From: Elusimicrobiota bacterium | Lineage (GTDB): Bacteria; CG03; SLGR01; JAGXOG01 | Direction: 5' to 3' | Assembly (NCBI GenBank): GCA_051745145.1 | Contig: JBNJDT010000001.1 | Location: 32,001-96,000 of the forward strand | Length of the DNA stretch: 64,000 nucleotides | Shown: positions 38,940 through 47,899 of the stretch, one piece after another | How positions within the stretch are numbered: the first letter of the stretch is position 1 | Layout: each line of letters opens with the position of its first letter | The notes under the pieces: model-generated | What the model saw: only the letters and a program-made list of their open reading frames with translations | Told to the model about the DNA's origin: nothing | The model's database searches: none | Position numbers and translations under genes: made by a program

Positions 38940-40808
38940 ATGGCTATATTCGGAAAAGACAAGGAAAAATTCAAGGAATTGGAAGAACAGGTGGTCCGGT
39001 TAAAAAAAGAGATTTCTTCTTTAGAAAGCAAGGTCAAACAAAAAACCGGAAAAATACACCAATTACAAAGCTGGAAAAAGTTATATAAAAATTTTAATAA
39101 GACTATCGGAATCCCTCTGGTTATCTTTTCCCCTGATTTAAAAGTAACTTTTATAAATGATAAAGCCGCAAGATTTTTTAATTCCAGGCCTTCCAGATTA
39201 AGCGGTAAAAACTGCCATGAACTTTTCTTTCCAGATTCGGACGAAGAATATAATACCGATAAAAAATTCTTTAGTGATGTTCTACTCCACTCTAAAGAAA
39301 AATTATTTCCCTGCGGTCCAAAAAATAAAAAAGTAATATCAATTTTAGATTATAATCGTATATCAGGCACACAGGATAAAGACCACATTGACTATATACT
39401 TTTTAAGGATTTAAGTTCTATAACCGGAATAAACGAGCTGTGGGAATACAGGGACGGTCAAAATTTAAAGGATGGTAAATTCACACTTCCGGTAGCCCCC
39501 AAAAGCATACCGGAAACCGGACTTAACAGAGAATTTTTGGCGGACCTTGTCTTAAAGATATTATATTCTTACGGAGAGCTGTCCGGAGAAAAAATAAGTA
39601 AAATTTTGTGTCTGCCTTTTAAAAACATAGTGGAAAATATACTTTCCTATTTAAATAAAGGCGATGCCTATATAACCAGTATTTCTGTTTCTAAAGAAAA
39701 AGTGGGCTCACCGGCGCTTTACCCCTATAAACTTACCCAGACCGGTTTAGCACGCACAAAAGAAATTATGGAAAGAAATAAGTATGTAGGGCCGGCCCCC
39801 GTACCTATTGAAAAATACCGCGAAATTATAAACAGTCAAAAAAGGCTGTCTCATGATGTCACTACCCAGGACATACAAGATTCACTTTCAGATTTAGTGC
39901 TCGGGCAAGATTTAATCAGAAAACTTACTATTGCGTTAACATCAAAAGAAACCGTCTTTCTTCACGGCCCACCGGGAAATGGTAAAAGTACTATTTCAAA
40001 AACCTGCAGCAATATTTACCGGGACAAAGTCCTTATCCCCCATGCTATAGAAGTTGATTCTCAAATAATAAAAGTTTTTGATCCGGTATACCATAAAAAG
40101 ATATATAAAGATAACACCGGAGAGAATGAGCTGCATAAAAAAGGCTATATAAAAGAGAGTTTTTCGCTGTTTAAAAAGAAGAACCGCCAGTTTGACAGGA
40201 GATGGAATATGTGCAAAAGCCCTCTTATCGTAGCCGGCGGAGAACTTACACTGGATGATCTGGAATTAAAATACGATCCTATTTCTAAATTTTATGAGGC
40301 CCCCCTTCAGATAAAAGCAAACGGCGGAGCACTGGTAATAGATGACTTTGGCAGGCAAAAAGTAAGTCCCGAAGCCCTTCTAAACAGATGGATGGTCCCT
40401 CTTGAAGAAAAGATAGATTATGTAAGAATGCATACCGGCAAACAGGTAATTATTCCCCTGGACCAGATTCTACTGTTTTCCACAAATCTGAAACCCGAAA
40501 ATCTGGGAGATGAGGCTTTTTTCAGACGTCTTAAAAATAAAATTTTTGTCAAGGATCCAACGGAAGAACAATTTCGCGAAATATTTCAGATGGCCTGCCG
40601 GGATTTTGATTTTAAAACTTCGCCTCAAATTGAAGAATATGTGATTCGAAAAATTAAAGATGCCGAGCTCAATTTAAGAGGATATATCCCCAGGGATCTG
40701 CTAAAGAATGCGGCGGCAATATCATCAATCGATGCCCCAAAAACCGAAAAGACAAAGCCCTTAAAAAAGGAAATTATTGACGAAGCATTTGAAAACTGTT
40801 TTCTATAG
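38940..40808 (+). CDS. Coiled-coil/PAS-fused AAA+ ATPase
   Basis: PAS-like IPLVIFSPDLKVTFIN...GKNCHELF; YVGPAPV; GPPGNGKS; LVIDDFGRQ; LLNRW; FSTNL; DEAFFRR. Confidence 0.82.
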   Translation: MAIFGKDKEKFKELEEQVVRLKKEISSLESKVKQKTGKIHQLQSWKKLYKNFNKTIGIPLVIFSPDLKVTFINDKAARFFNSRPSRLSGKNCHELFFPDSDEEYNTDKKFFSDVLLHSKEKLFPCGPKNKKVISILDYNRISGTQDKDHIDYILFKDLSSITGINELWEYRDGQNLKDGKFTLPVAPKSIPETGLNREFLADLVLKILYSYGELSGEKISKILCLPFKNIVENILSYLNKGDAYITSISVSKEKVGSPALYPYKLTQTGLARTKEIMERNKYVGPAPVPIEKYREIINSQKRLSHDVTTQDIQDSLSDLVLGQDLIRKLTIALTSKETVFLHGPPGNGKSTISKTCSNIYRDKVLIPHAIEVDSQIIKVFDPVYHKKIYKDNTGENELHKKGYIKESFSLFKKKNRQFDRRWNMCKSPLIVAGGELTLDDLELKYDPISKFYEAPLQIKANGGALVIDDFGRQKVSPEALLNRWMVPLEEKIDYVRMHTGKQVIIPLDQILLFSTNLKPENLGDEAFFRRLKNKIFVKDPTEEQFREIFQMACRDFDFKTSPQIEEYVIRKIKDAELNLRGYIPRDLLKNAAAISSIDAPKTEKTKPLKKEIIDEAFENCFL

Positions 40809-40817
40809 TAAAAAATT

Positions 40818-40846
40818 TTGACAATTATATAACAATTTGCTAAAAA
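40818..40846 (+). promoter_or_regulatory. Probable sigma70 promoter for the DUF47-DUF192-prepilin peptidase genes
   Basis: TTGACA, 17 nt spacer ending TGc, then TAAAAA (extended -10). Confidence 0.55.
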
Positions 40847-40911
40847 ATAATTTGTTAGATTGTTTAATAGCGTAATACATACATATTTAAATTTTTAAAA
40901 AGGAGTTGGTC

Positions 40912-41556
40912 ATGTTTTCTCGAAAAAAAGAAAAAAAAGTTCAAAAATTAATTAAAGAACACTTTAAAGCTGTCTCCCAGACAGTTAAGAGTATGGAAGA
41001 TACAATAGAAAGCTACCTCAAAGAAGATATCGGAGAGCCCGGTGAATTTGCTTACAAAACTCATGAATTTGAAAGTAACGCCGACTCTTTAAGAAGAGAA
41101 ATAATAGAGACCCTTTACAAAGGTGCTTTTTTCCCTTCCATTAGAGAAGATCTGGTAAATTTTGTGGCAAGACAGGATAATATCGCCGATGCGGCTGAAT
41201 CCTGCTGTGATTTTATCATTTCTCAACATCCGGAGGTTCCCGATAAATACACTGAAGATATTTTAAAACTAGCCCGGGCTTCTTATGAGACTCTTCCCCC
41301 CTTGGAAAAAGCAGTTACCCATTACTTTAACGACTATAAGGAAGTTAAAAAATATATTAAGGAAGTTAATACTAAAGAAGAAGATGCCGATACAATGGAA
41401 TGGCATCTTACCGAAGAAATTTTTAAAAGTAAAGATATTTCCCTTGCCGAAAAAATGCATATTAACGAATTCATATTTCATATTGTGCATATATCCGATA
41501 TAATTGAAGATGCGGCCGATATGCTCGATTCGGTTATCATAAAGAAAAGTATTTAA
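40912..41556 (+). CDS. DUF47 / PhoU-like phosphate transport regulator
   Basis: ESNADSLRR, FFPSIRED, DNIAD, EEDAD, ISDIIED. Confidence 0.9.
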   Translation: MFSRKKEKKVQKLIKEHFKAVSQTVKSMEDTIESYLKEDIGEPGEFAYKTHEFESNADSLRREIIETLYKGAFFPSIREDLVNFVARQDNIADAAESCCDFIISQHPEVPDKYTEDILKLARASYETLPPLEKAVTHYFNDYKEVKKYIKEVNTKEEDADTMEWHLTEEIFKSKDISLAEKMHINEFIFHIVHISDIIEDAADMLDSVIIKKSI

Positions 41557-41595
41557 CTTTTTTATACATAAAAATATTCAAGTTTTACATTAAAG

Positions 41596-41958
41596 ATGGC
41601 TGAGCTGCTTGACAAAAATAAGAATCATATTGCTGAAGTTTCTATGGCGGATACTTTTTTAAAAAAGCTTCTGGGGCTGATGTTCAAAAAAGATATTCCC
41701 TACAATGTGGCTCACTATTTTCCGGGTACAGCTTTAATTCACATGTTTTTTATGAGATTTTCTATAGATGTCGTATATTTAAAGTCTATTAAAAAAAAAT
41801 CTGCACAGAAAAAATTTAAGATAGTGAAAATAGTTAAAGCTCTTAAACCCTGGAGGATTTCCGGCTCCCTGAAAGCTGATTCGCTTTTAGAATTAAAAGC
41901 CGGGAGTACGGCAGTAAAAAAAATAAAAAAAAATGAATTTGTCTTTATCAAAAATTAA
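41596..41958 (+). CDS. DUF192 family protein
   Basis: ADTFLKKLLGLM, IHMFFMRFSIDVVYL, LKPWR, LEL.AG. Confidence 0.9.
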   Translation: MAELLDKNKNHIAEVSMADTFLKKLLGLMFKKDIPYNVAHYFPGTALIHMFFMRFSIDVVYLKSIKKKSAQKKFKIVKIVKALKPWRISGSLKADSLLELKAGSTAVKKIKKNEFVFIKN

Positions 41959-41976
41959 TAAAAGTTTGAATATCCC

Positions 41977-42507
41977 ATGCTGAAAGAATATCTTACTCCC
42001 GTAAATATTACTCTTTTATTTTTAATTATTACAACTACCTTTACGGATTTAAAATATCAGAAAATTTACAACCATTTTACCTTTCCCTGCATAATATTGG
42101 GATGGGGCTTTAACTTAATGGAAAACGGATTTATTGAAGGTTTTTACAGAACTGCTTTTTTAGGATTTCTTGCCGGAGGGGCCCTTCTTTTCATTTTTTA
42201 CATGGCCGGGGGGATGGGGGCCGGTGATGTGAAATTTTTAGCTGCAGTCGGCGCTCTTAAAGGCCCTCACTTTGTATTCAATGCTACACTTCACGGTGCT
42301 ATATTAGGTGGTGTATTTACAGTGCTCTATCTATTATTTACCGGTCATCTTATTGAAACTATCTCCAACACTGCTACGATAATATACAGAACCTTGACTT
42401 TAAAAAAATTAAATGTACAATCAAAAGAAATGGAGGGGGTTTATCTCCCGTACGGTTTTTTTCTAAGTTTAGGTGTAGTTTCCTGGTTTTTAATTAATAA
42501 ATTATGA
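41977..42507 (+). CDS. cpaA: A24 prepilin peptidase (CpaA/TadV)
   Basis: TDL...KIYN, GGMGAGDVK, LPYG. Confidence 0.92.
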   Translation: MLKEYLTPVNITLLFLIITTTFTDLKYQKIYNHFTFPCIILGWGFNLMENGFIEGFYRTAFLGFLAGGALLFIFYMAGGMGAGDVKFLAAVGALKGPHFVFNATLHGAILGGVFTVLYLLFTGHLIETISNTATIIYRTLTLKKLNVQSKEMEGVYLPYGFFLSLGVVSWFLINKL

Positions 42508-43649
42508 TAAAAAAAATTTTAAATAAAATTGTAGTAAGTGCGGCAATAAAATTAGGGGTAGTATCATTTTTTATTATTGCTATAATGCTGTTCTTTTTAA
42601 TGAATACCCCTCTCGAGGAAACCCGCAAAGAATTAGACGGACAGCTCATTTCTATAGGTACAAATCTAGTTGAAGCCTACCAGACAGACACAGAAAATGC
42701 CATTATTAAAAAAGATGATATAAGTCTTAATGAATATATGAGCCAGATAATGGGATTTCCAAGAACACGGTTTGCCATGGTCCTTGATCCGGACGGTTAT
42801 GTAAAAGCCCACAACGATATGCAAGAATGGGGAGAACAGTACAAAGACAGTGAAACTTTAGAAGTTTTGAGGGATCGGGAGTTTACAATATACAGGCGCC
42901 AGCATGACGGTGAACCTCTTTTTGAACTTGTGCAGCCCTTAAGAAGTTCCTACGGTGAATTTATCGGGGTTCTCCGGGTTGGGTTTTCGGCAGAAGGAAT
43001 AACCAGTACTATGGAAAGCTTAAAAGCCCAAACCCGTAAAATGATTGTCCTCTGGGCCCTTATAATAGCCTTTGTAGTGGGACTTGCATCCAAACAGATA
43101 ACTCTCTACGGCGCACCTAAAATAAAATATATTCTAAATACTATAATGGCCGAACGCTGGGATGAAGAGGAGAAAAAACAGTCTAAAATTATTGATAAAA
43201 AAGATGAGTGGGGCGCCCTGGCCAGACACTGTGATTACATGGCTAAACGTATAGAAGATGAGAAGGAAGTATATAAAGATAAAGCAGAGCAAACTTCTAA
43301 AAACCTGAAAAGTTTTATCCACAATATTGGAAAAGCTTTTAAATCCGGCGCGGTATTGGCAAATTCTGAGAATAAAGTTGTCTATATCAATGATACGGCC
43401 AGACATATTCTTTCTATAGATTCGGCCAGTGAAGTTCATGGCAATCACATAGCCTCAATCTTTAAATCCCGCAAACTTGTAGAATTATTCCAAAAAAGTC
43501 TAAAAAGCCCCAATCAATTGTTAACCAAAAAATTAGATGACCCGGAAGTCACGGTTTCCTGCGTAGGTATTCATTCTGAAGATGGCGATCTTATAAGTGT
43601 TCTTGTTCTTTTAGAACGAAGAAATGAGCCGCGGCCAGATTCAGCTTAA
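42504..43649 (+). CDS. Membrane sensor-like protein (periplasmic domain, HAMP, PAS-like) without a kinase domain
   Basis: Two TM helices around a Cache-like domain, DEWGAL HAMP motif, VVYINDTA PAS start; no H-box. Confidence 0.65.
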   Translation: MIKKILNKIVVSAAIKLGVVSFFIIAIMLFFLMNTPLEETRKELDGQLISIGTNLVEAYQTDTENAIIKKDDISLNEYMSQIMGFPRTRFAMVLDPDGYVKAHNDMQEWGEQYKDSETLEVLRDREFTIYRRQHDGEPLFELVQPLRSSYGEFIGVLRVGFSAEGITSTMESLKAQTRKMIVLWALIIAFVVGLASKQITLYGAPKIKYILNTIMAERWDEEEKKQSKIIDKKDEWGALARHCDYMAKRIEDEKEVYKDKAEQTSKNLKSFIHNIGKAFKSGAVLANSENKVVYINDTARHILSIDSASEVHGNHIASIFKSRKLVELFQKSLKSPNQLLTKKLDDPEVTVSCVGIHSEDGDLISVLVLLERRNEPRPDSA

Positions 43650-43701
43650 CTTATTTTTTTCTGTACTATTTTTAGTTTATAAATTACCAAGGTAAGAATA
43701 A

Positions 43702-44889
43702 ATGTCCAATGACCCCTTAAATAAAAATACGCAATCTAATAAAAATTTAACTACTCTGGTACATTTACTGGCTGTAATTGTTATTACCGGTCTACTCTTT
43801 ACCACTGCTGATATATATTTACAGTTTACCGACGTTGGGGAATCATTCCACAATAAAATATGGCCACCGGTTATTATAATTGACAGTAATCCCTCTATGG
43901 CCGATATTAAATTATTAGATGAAAACAATGAAGTTTTGAAATCTGCAATCACTCCTTTACAAATAAGAGATATTCAACCGGGAAATTATAATTTAAAATT
44001 ATCTAAATTAAACTGGGGAGAAACTGCCCGAAAATTTACAGTAAAAAAGACAGATTCCGGTAAAAGACAATTTTCCATACCTGATTCCAAAAAACTGGAT
44101 AAGAATTACATTATCCCGTTTAAAGTAAAATTTTCCATTAAATCCCGTCCCCAAAAAGCTGACATCTTTATAGATGACAAAAAAGTGGGACAGACTCCCT
44201 ATTCTGATTTTATAAATGTAGGAACTTACGATATCAGACTTGAAAAAGAAGGTTTTACTACTATCGGGGATCAATCGGCCAGTCTCGGCTCATGTATAAT
44301 AGATATGACCGCACGGCTGGACCAACAGGATCAGATGGATTCCCGTTTCTGGACCATTTCAGAAAAAGAAAATGTTCCCAAGCATCTAATTTTAACAGGC
44401 TTTTTTCGTAAAAATTATAAGATAACTTCCAACCCTTCTAATGCAAAAATTTATGTAAACTCAAAAATACAGGGAAAAACACCGATAAAAGATTTATCTT
44501 TACCGGCCGGCAGATACCATATAAAAATAATTAAAGGCGGCTACAATGAATGGTCCAAAATTGTAGAAGTTACGGGTAACGATACTAATTCTATAACAGC
44601 GAATTTAACTAAAAAAATCGCCAAGCCTAATGTTAATGTTTACAGAGGAAAACCGGGGAGCGGCGTAGCACCTCCTTCCGCAACAGGTTCTGATTCACAT
44701 GAAGATATTTGGAACTTGGGTAATCAGGAAAATCTCCCCAATAATATTAACGGTCTTATGAATAAAATTCCCAATTTACCGATGCTTCCCAATAATTTAT
44801 CCAATTCAAGTGGCGGCTGCGAACCCTATACCGGTAATCTTAGCGATCTTGGTACTATCGGTCCTATCGGTGGCGGCTGCGGTAAATGA
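43702..44889 (+). CDS. Membrane-anchored PEGA-domain protein
   Basis: Three S.P..A.I......G.TP-type PEGA units after a TM helix. Confidence 0.85.
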   Translation: MSNDPLNKNTQSNKNLTTLVHLLAVIVITGLLFTTADIYLQFTDVGESFHNKIWPPVIIIDSNPSMADIKLLDENNEVLKSAITPLQIRDIQPGNYNLKLSKLNWGETARKFTVKKTDSGKRQFSIPDSKKLDKNYIIPFKVKFSIKSRPQKADIFIDDKKVGQTPYSDFINVGTYDIRLEKEGFTTIGDQSASLGSCIIDMTARLDQQDQMDSRFWTISEKENVPKHLILTGFFRKNYKITSNPSNAKIYVNSKIQGKTPIKDLSLPAGRYHIKIIKGGYNEWSKIVEVTGNDTNSITANLTKKIAKPNVNVYRGKPGSGVAPPSATGSDSHEDIWNLGNQENLPNNINGLMNKIPNLPMLPNNLSNSSGGCEPYTGNLSDLGTIGPIGGGCGK

Positions 44890-44967
44890 TAATGAAAAAA
44901 AATTTACAACATTTTTAGTAAGCCGGCTTATAAATAAAGGATAAAAATATTTTTTATATATCATGAT

Positions 44968-46323
44968 ATGAAAAAAGAAATTAAAATAACAATTCTTTTC
45001 CTCCTTTTTGGAATGATTCTTTCACTTAATTTTGGAAAAGTAGAAGATCCGGATTTATTCTGGCATTTAAAAACAGGAGAAGAAATAGCCGCAGAAGGTT
45101 TCGTCAGCAATGATCCCTTTTCCTGGACTTTCCCGGGAAAGGAATGGCTTAATCACGAGTGGTTAACTCAATTTATTTTTTATACAGCCTCCCCTTCCGG
45201 AAATTTACTTCCCCTTATATTTTTAAAAATTATCTTAATAACAGCTACTTTCGGACTCTTATTTTATTTAATAGCCCAAAAATCCAGCTTTACTACGGCC
45301 ACTGTATATACGGGTTTAGGAGCTATGCTTTCTTCAATAGCTTTTACTATACGCCCCTGGATATTTTCCTATTTTTTACTTGTCCTTTTTCTTCTGGCTC
45401 TTGAAAAGAAAAAATTTTATTTTATACCTATTATTTTTTTACTGTGGATAAATTTCCACGGCATATTTATTTTTGCCCTGGGAATTCTTTTTGTAGAAGC
45501 CTTAAATGAAATTATTGTGAAAAAGCGCTACCGGCTTTCAAAAACTTTTGCTGCTTCTATCGGTATAATGCTAATAAATCCAAATGGTCTCAAAGGTTTA
45601 CTTCATCCTTTCTCATATCTTTACGGCTCAACTAATATACATCTTAACTATATTATGGAATGGGCCAGTCCGGATTTTAAGGGAATATGGGGGGGGATTT
45701 TTATCATTTTTATTTTTCTTTCTATTTTTGCCCTTACCTATTCGGAAGAAAAACCAGAATTTAAAAATATGTTTCTTTTTTTTGTTTTCATGGCCTCCGG
45801 CTTACTGGCGATAAGAAATATTCCTTTTTTTGTAATTATTACCGGCATTACCGTTTCAAAATCTTTTGACAGGATCCCCGCCTTCCAAAAACCCTTAACA
45901 ACCTACATCAGTATAGCCATTTTTACTCTCATTACTGTTATTTCTATTGAGGTACAGGTAAAAAAATTTTTTAACGACGGTTATATAAAAGAAAATACTT
46001 TTCCGAGCAAACCTATAACAGATAAGCTCCAAGCTAACACCGAAAATCTTGTTCACCCCTATGATTGGGGCGGATATTTAATTTATCACAATATCCCGGT
46101 TTTTATAGATGGAAGAGCTGATTTCTATCCGGGTCAGTTTTTGGAAAATTTTTTTCTTTCAACCGAACTGAAAAAAAATCCGGAAAATTTTCTAAAAAAA
46201 TACAAAATAAAAAAAATTCTATGGAAAACAGAAACACCCTTCTTTTACTATCTCAACAATTCCTCACTCTGGCAAAAAATTTATTCGGATGAAATATGTG
46301 CCGTATTTAAAAAAAATAAATAA
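44968..46323 (+). CDS. Polytopic GT-C-like membrane protein (paralog 1)
   Basis: DPDLFWHLKTG, RP, WINFHG, NPNG, EW, YDWGGY, FIDGRADFY. Confidence 0.7.
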   Translation: MKKEIKITILFLLFGMILSLNFGKVEDPDLFWHLKTGEEIAAEGFVSNDPFSWTFPGKEWLNHEWLTQFIFYTASPSGNLLPLIFLKIILITATFGLLFYLIAQKSSFTTATVYTGLGAMLSSIAFTIRPWIFSYFLLVLFLLALEKKKFYFIPIIFLLWINFHGIFIFALGILFVEALNEIIVKKRYRLSKTFAASIGIMLINPNGLKGLLHPFSYLYGSTNIHLNYIMEWASPDFKGIWGGIFIIFIFLSIFALTYSEEKPEFKNMFLFFVFMASGLLAIRNIPFFVIITGITVSKSFDRIPAFQKPLTTYISIAIFTLITVISIEVQVKKFFNDGYIKENTFPSKPITDKLQANTENLVHPYDWGGYLIYHNIPVFIDGRADFYPGQFLENFFLSTELKKNPENFLKKYKIKKILWKTETPFFYYLNNSSLWQKIYSDEICAVFKKNK

Positions 46324-46394
46324 TTGAAAGCATTCACTTTTTTTTAAAAACTTTATAACTGAATTAACTTTATTATTGCCTTTAGCAGTCCACA

Positions 46395-46456
46395 AAAGTA
46401 CTAAAAAAAATAAGTACCTTAAACCGATTGACATAAACTATTAACTATATTATAGT
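46395..46456 (+). promoter_or_regulatory. flp copy 1 operator and sigma70 promoter
   Basis: AAAGTACT-N10-AGTACCTT, 7 nt, TTGACA-17-TATAGT. Confidence 0.85.
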
Positions 46457-46515
46457 TATAGTGAGACTAGGGAGAAAAGAATATATATTTAAATTTAAAA
46501 AAGGAGGTAAAAAAA

Positions 46516-46683
46516 ATGAAACATTTATTATGTGATGAATCAGGTCAGGGAATGACTGAGTACATTTTAATTGTTCTGTTAATTGCTATTGCCGCATTCG
46601 TTATCATGCAGGCATTTGGTAACACAATTTCAGAAGCCTTCAACGACGCTAAGAAAACCGTACAGAACGCAAGACCTGATTAA
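46516..46683 (+). CDS. flp: Flp (Tad) pilin, copy 1, 55 aa
   Basis: MKHLLCDESGQGMTEYILIVLLIAIAAFVIMQAFGNTISEAFNDAKKTVQNARPD; AGGAGG RBS; not in the ORF track. Confidence 0.95.
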   Translation: MKHLLCDESGQGMTEYILIVLLIAIAAFVIMQAFGNTISEAFNDAKKTVQNARPD

Positions 46684-46710
46684 TCCCAAAATTAAGAAGG
46701 TAACAAGCAT

Positions 46711-46742
46711 ACTTCCGGAGTTTTTTATAAAGCTCCGGAAGT
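46711..46742 (+). terminator. Hairpin after flp copy 1
   Basis: ACTTCCGGAG...CTCCGGAAGT inverted repeat; weak U tract. Confidence 0.7.
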
Positions 46743-47119
46743 TGCATTTACAATGGTCAACAAAACCTTAAAATCAAACTCCAGTATCCACTTACCTGCT
46801 GCATACCGTAGCCGCAGGATATCCAGTTAAATCCTTCTCACCAGGATATGCCCTCCTGCTGTAATTATCAAAAGTACCCACTTTGCGGATATTATCAACT
46901 TAAGATCATAAATCCGTAGTCTCCCTCCTGAAATTGAGAAAGATTGCCCGGTACCGGTTAAACTGCTCTTATCATTGTGAGCGGAGACCAGAATAATAGT
47001 TCTGCTGACAGTAAAGCTCTAATAATTGAAATAATACAGTCAAATTTCTATAACGTTAATTACTTCAAAAATGTAATTATTTAATAAATTATCCGGCCTA
47101 TTTTTTCTAATATACCCTA

Positions 47120-47181
47120 AAAGTACTATAAATAATCAGTACCTTAAACCGATTGACATAAAAAGCTAACTGTATTATAAT
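47120..47181 (+). promoter_or_regulatory. flp copy 2 operator and consensus sigma70 promoter
   Basis: AAAGTACT-N10-AGTACCTT, 7 nt, TTGACA-17-TATAAT. Confidence 0.88.
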
Positions 47182-47237
47182 TATAGTGAATTAAAGGAAA
47201 AGAGAGTGTAAGAGGAATTTAAGAGGAGGTAAAATAT

Positions 47238-47405
47238 ATGAAACATTTATTATGTGATGAATCAGGTCAGGGAATGACAGAATACATTTTAATTGTTCTG
47301 TTAATTGCTATTGCCGCATTCGTTATCATGCAGGCATTTGGTAACACAATTTCAGAAGCCTTCAACGACGCTAAGAAAACCGTACAGAACGCAAGACCTG
47401 ATTAA
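47238..47405 (+). CDS. flp: Flp pilin, copy 2 (protein identical to copy 1)
   Basis: Same 55 aa; synonymous ACA GAA for ACT GAG; GGAGG RBS. Confidence 0.95.
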   Translation: MKHLLCDESGQGMTEYILIVLLIAIAAFVIMQAFGNTISEAFNDAKKTVQNARPD

Positions 47406-47432
47406 TCCTACAATCAAGAAGGTAACAAGCAT

Positions 47433-47465
47433 ACTTCCGGAGTTTTTTTTAAAAGCTCCGGAAGT
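47433..47465 (+). terminator. Hairpin after flp copy 2
   Basis: ACTTCCGGAG...CTCCGGAAGT followed by TGTGTTTT. Confidence 0.75.
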
Positions 47466-47532
47466 TGTGTTTTATATCATAAATTTTTAAGTAACTATTC
47501 TACAATTTCCTTCCGGTCTATTTTTAATAACA

Positions 47533-47594
47533 AAAGTACTATATATAATTAGTACCTTAAACCGATTGACATAAAAAGCTAACTGTATTATAAT
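47533..47594 (+). promoter_or_regulatory. flp copy 3 operator and consensus sigma70 promoter
   Basis: AAAGTACT-N10-AGTACCTT, 7 nt, TTGACA-17-TATAAT. Confidence 0.88.
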
Positions 47595-47651
47595 TATACT
47601 GTATTAAGGAAAAAGAGAATATAAGAGGAAATAATAAAGGAGGAAAAATAT

Positions 47652-47819
47652 ATGAAACATTTATTACGTGACGAATCAGGTCAGGGAATGACTGAGTACA
47701 TTTTAATTGTTCTGTTAATTGCTATCGCTGCATTTGTTATCATGCAGGCATTTGGTAACACCATTTCAGAGGCTTTTAACGACGCTAAACAAACTGTAGG
47801 GAACGCAAGACCTGATTAA
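47652..47819 (+). CDS. flp: Flp pilin, copy 3 (variant C6R, K47Q, Q50G)
   Basis: MKHLLRDESGQGMTEY...AFNDAKQTVGNARPD; GGAGG RBS. Confidence 0.95.
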   Translation: MKHLLRDESGQGMTEYILIVLLIAIAAFVIMQAFGNTISEAFNDAKQTVGNARPD

Positions 47820-47846
47820 TCCTAAAATTAAGAAGGTATAAAGCAT

Positions 47847-47878
47847 ACTTCCGGAGTTTTTTTTAAAGCTCCGGAAGT
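47847..47878 (+). terminator. Hairpin after flp copy 3
   Basis: ACTTCCGGAG...CTCCGGAAGT followed by TGTGTTTTTT. Confidence 0.78.
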
Positions 47879-47899
47879 TGTGTTTTTTATAAGAATTTA

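Noticed and set aside
44919..44930. 12-bp palindrome TAAGCCGGCTTA
   Set aside because: Single occurrence with no loop, built on the abundant CCGG word.
46403..46410. A8 tract in the copy 1 operator spacer as a phase-variation switch
   Set aside because: Runs of this length are common throughout this AT-rich sequence.
46583..47490. ORF-track peptides MLLPHSLSCRH... (46583 and 47305)
   Set aside because: Out-of-frame shadows of the flp genes, which have the RBS and the pilin motif.
46395..47878. Repeated DNA as a possible CRISPR array or IS
   Set aside because: The repeats are whole flp gene units; there are no short repeat-spacer units and no transposase.
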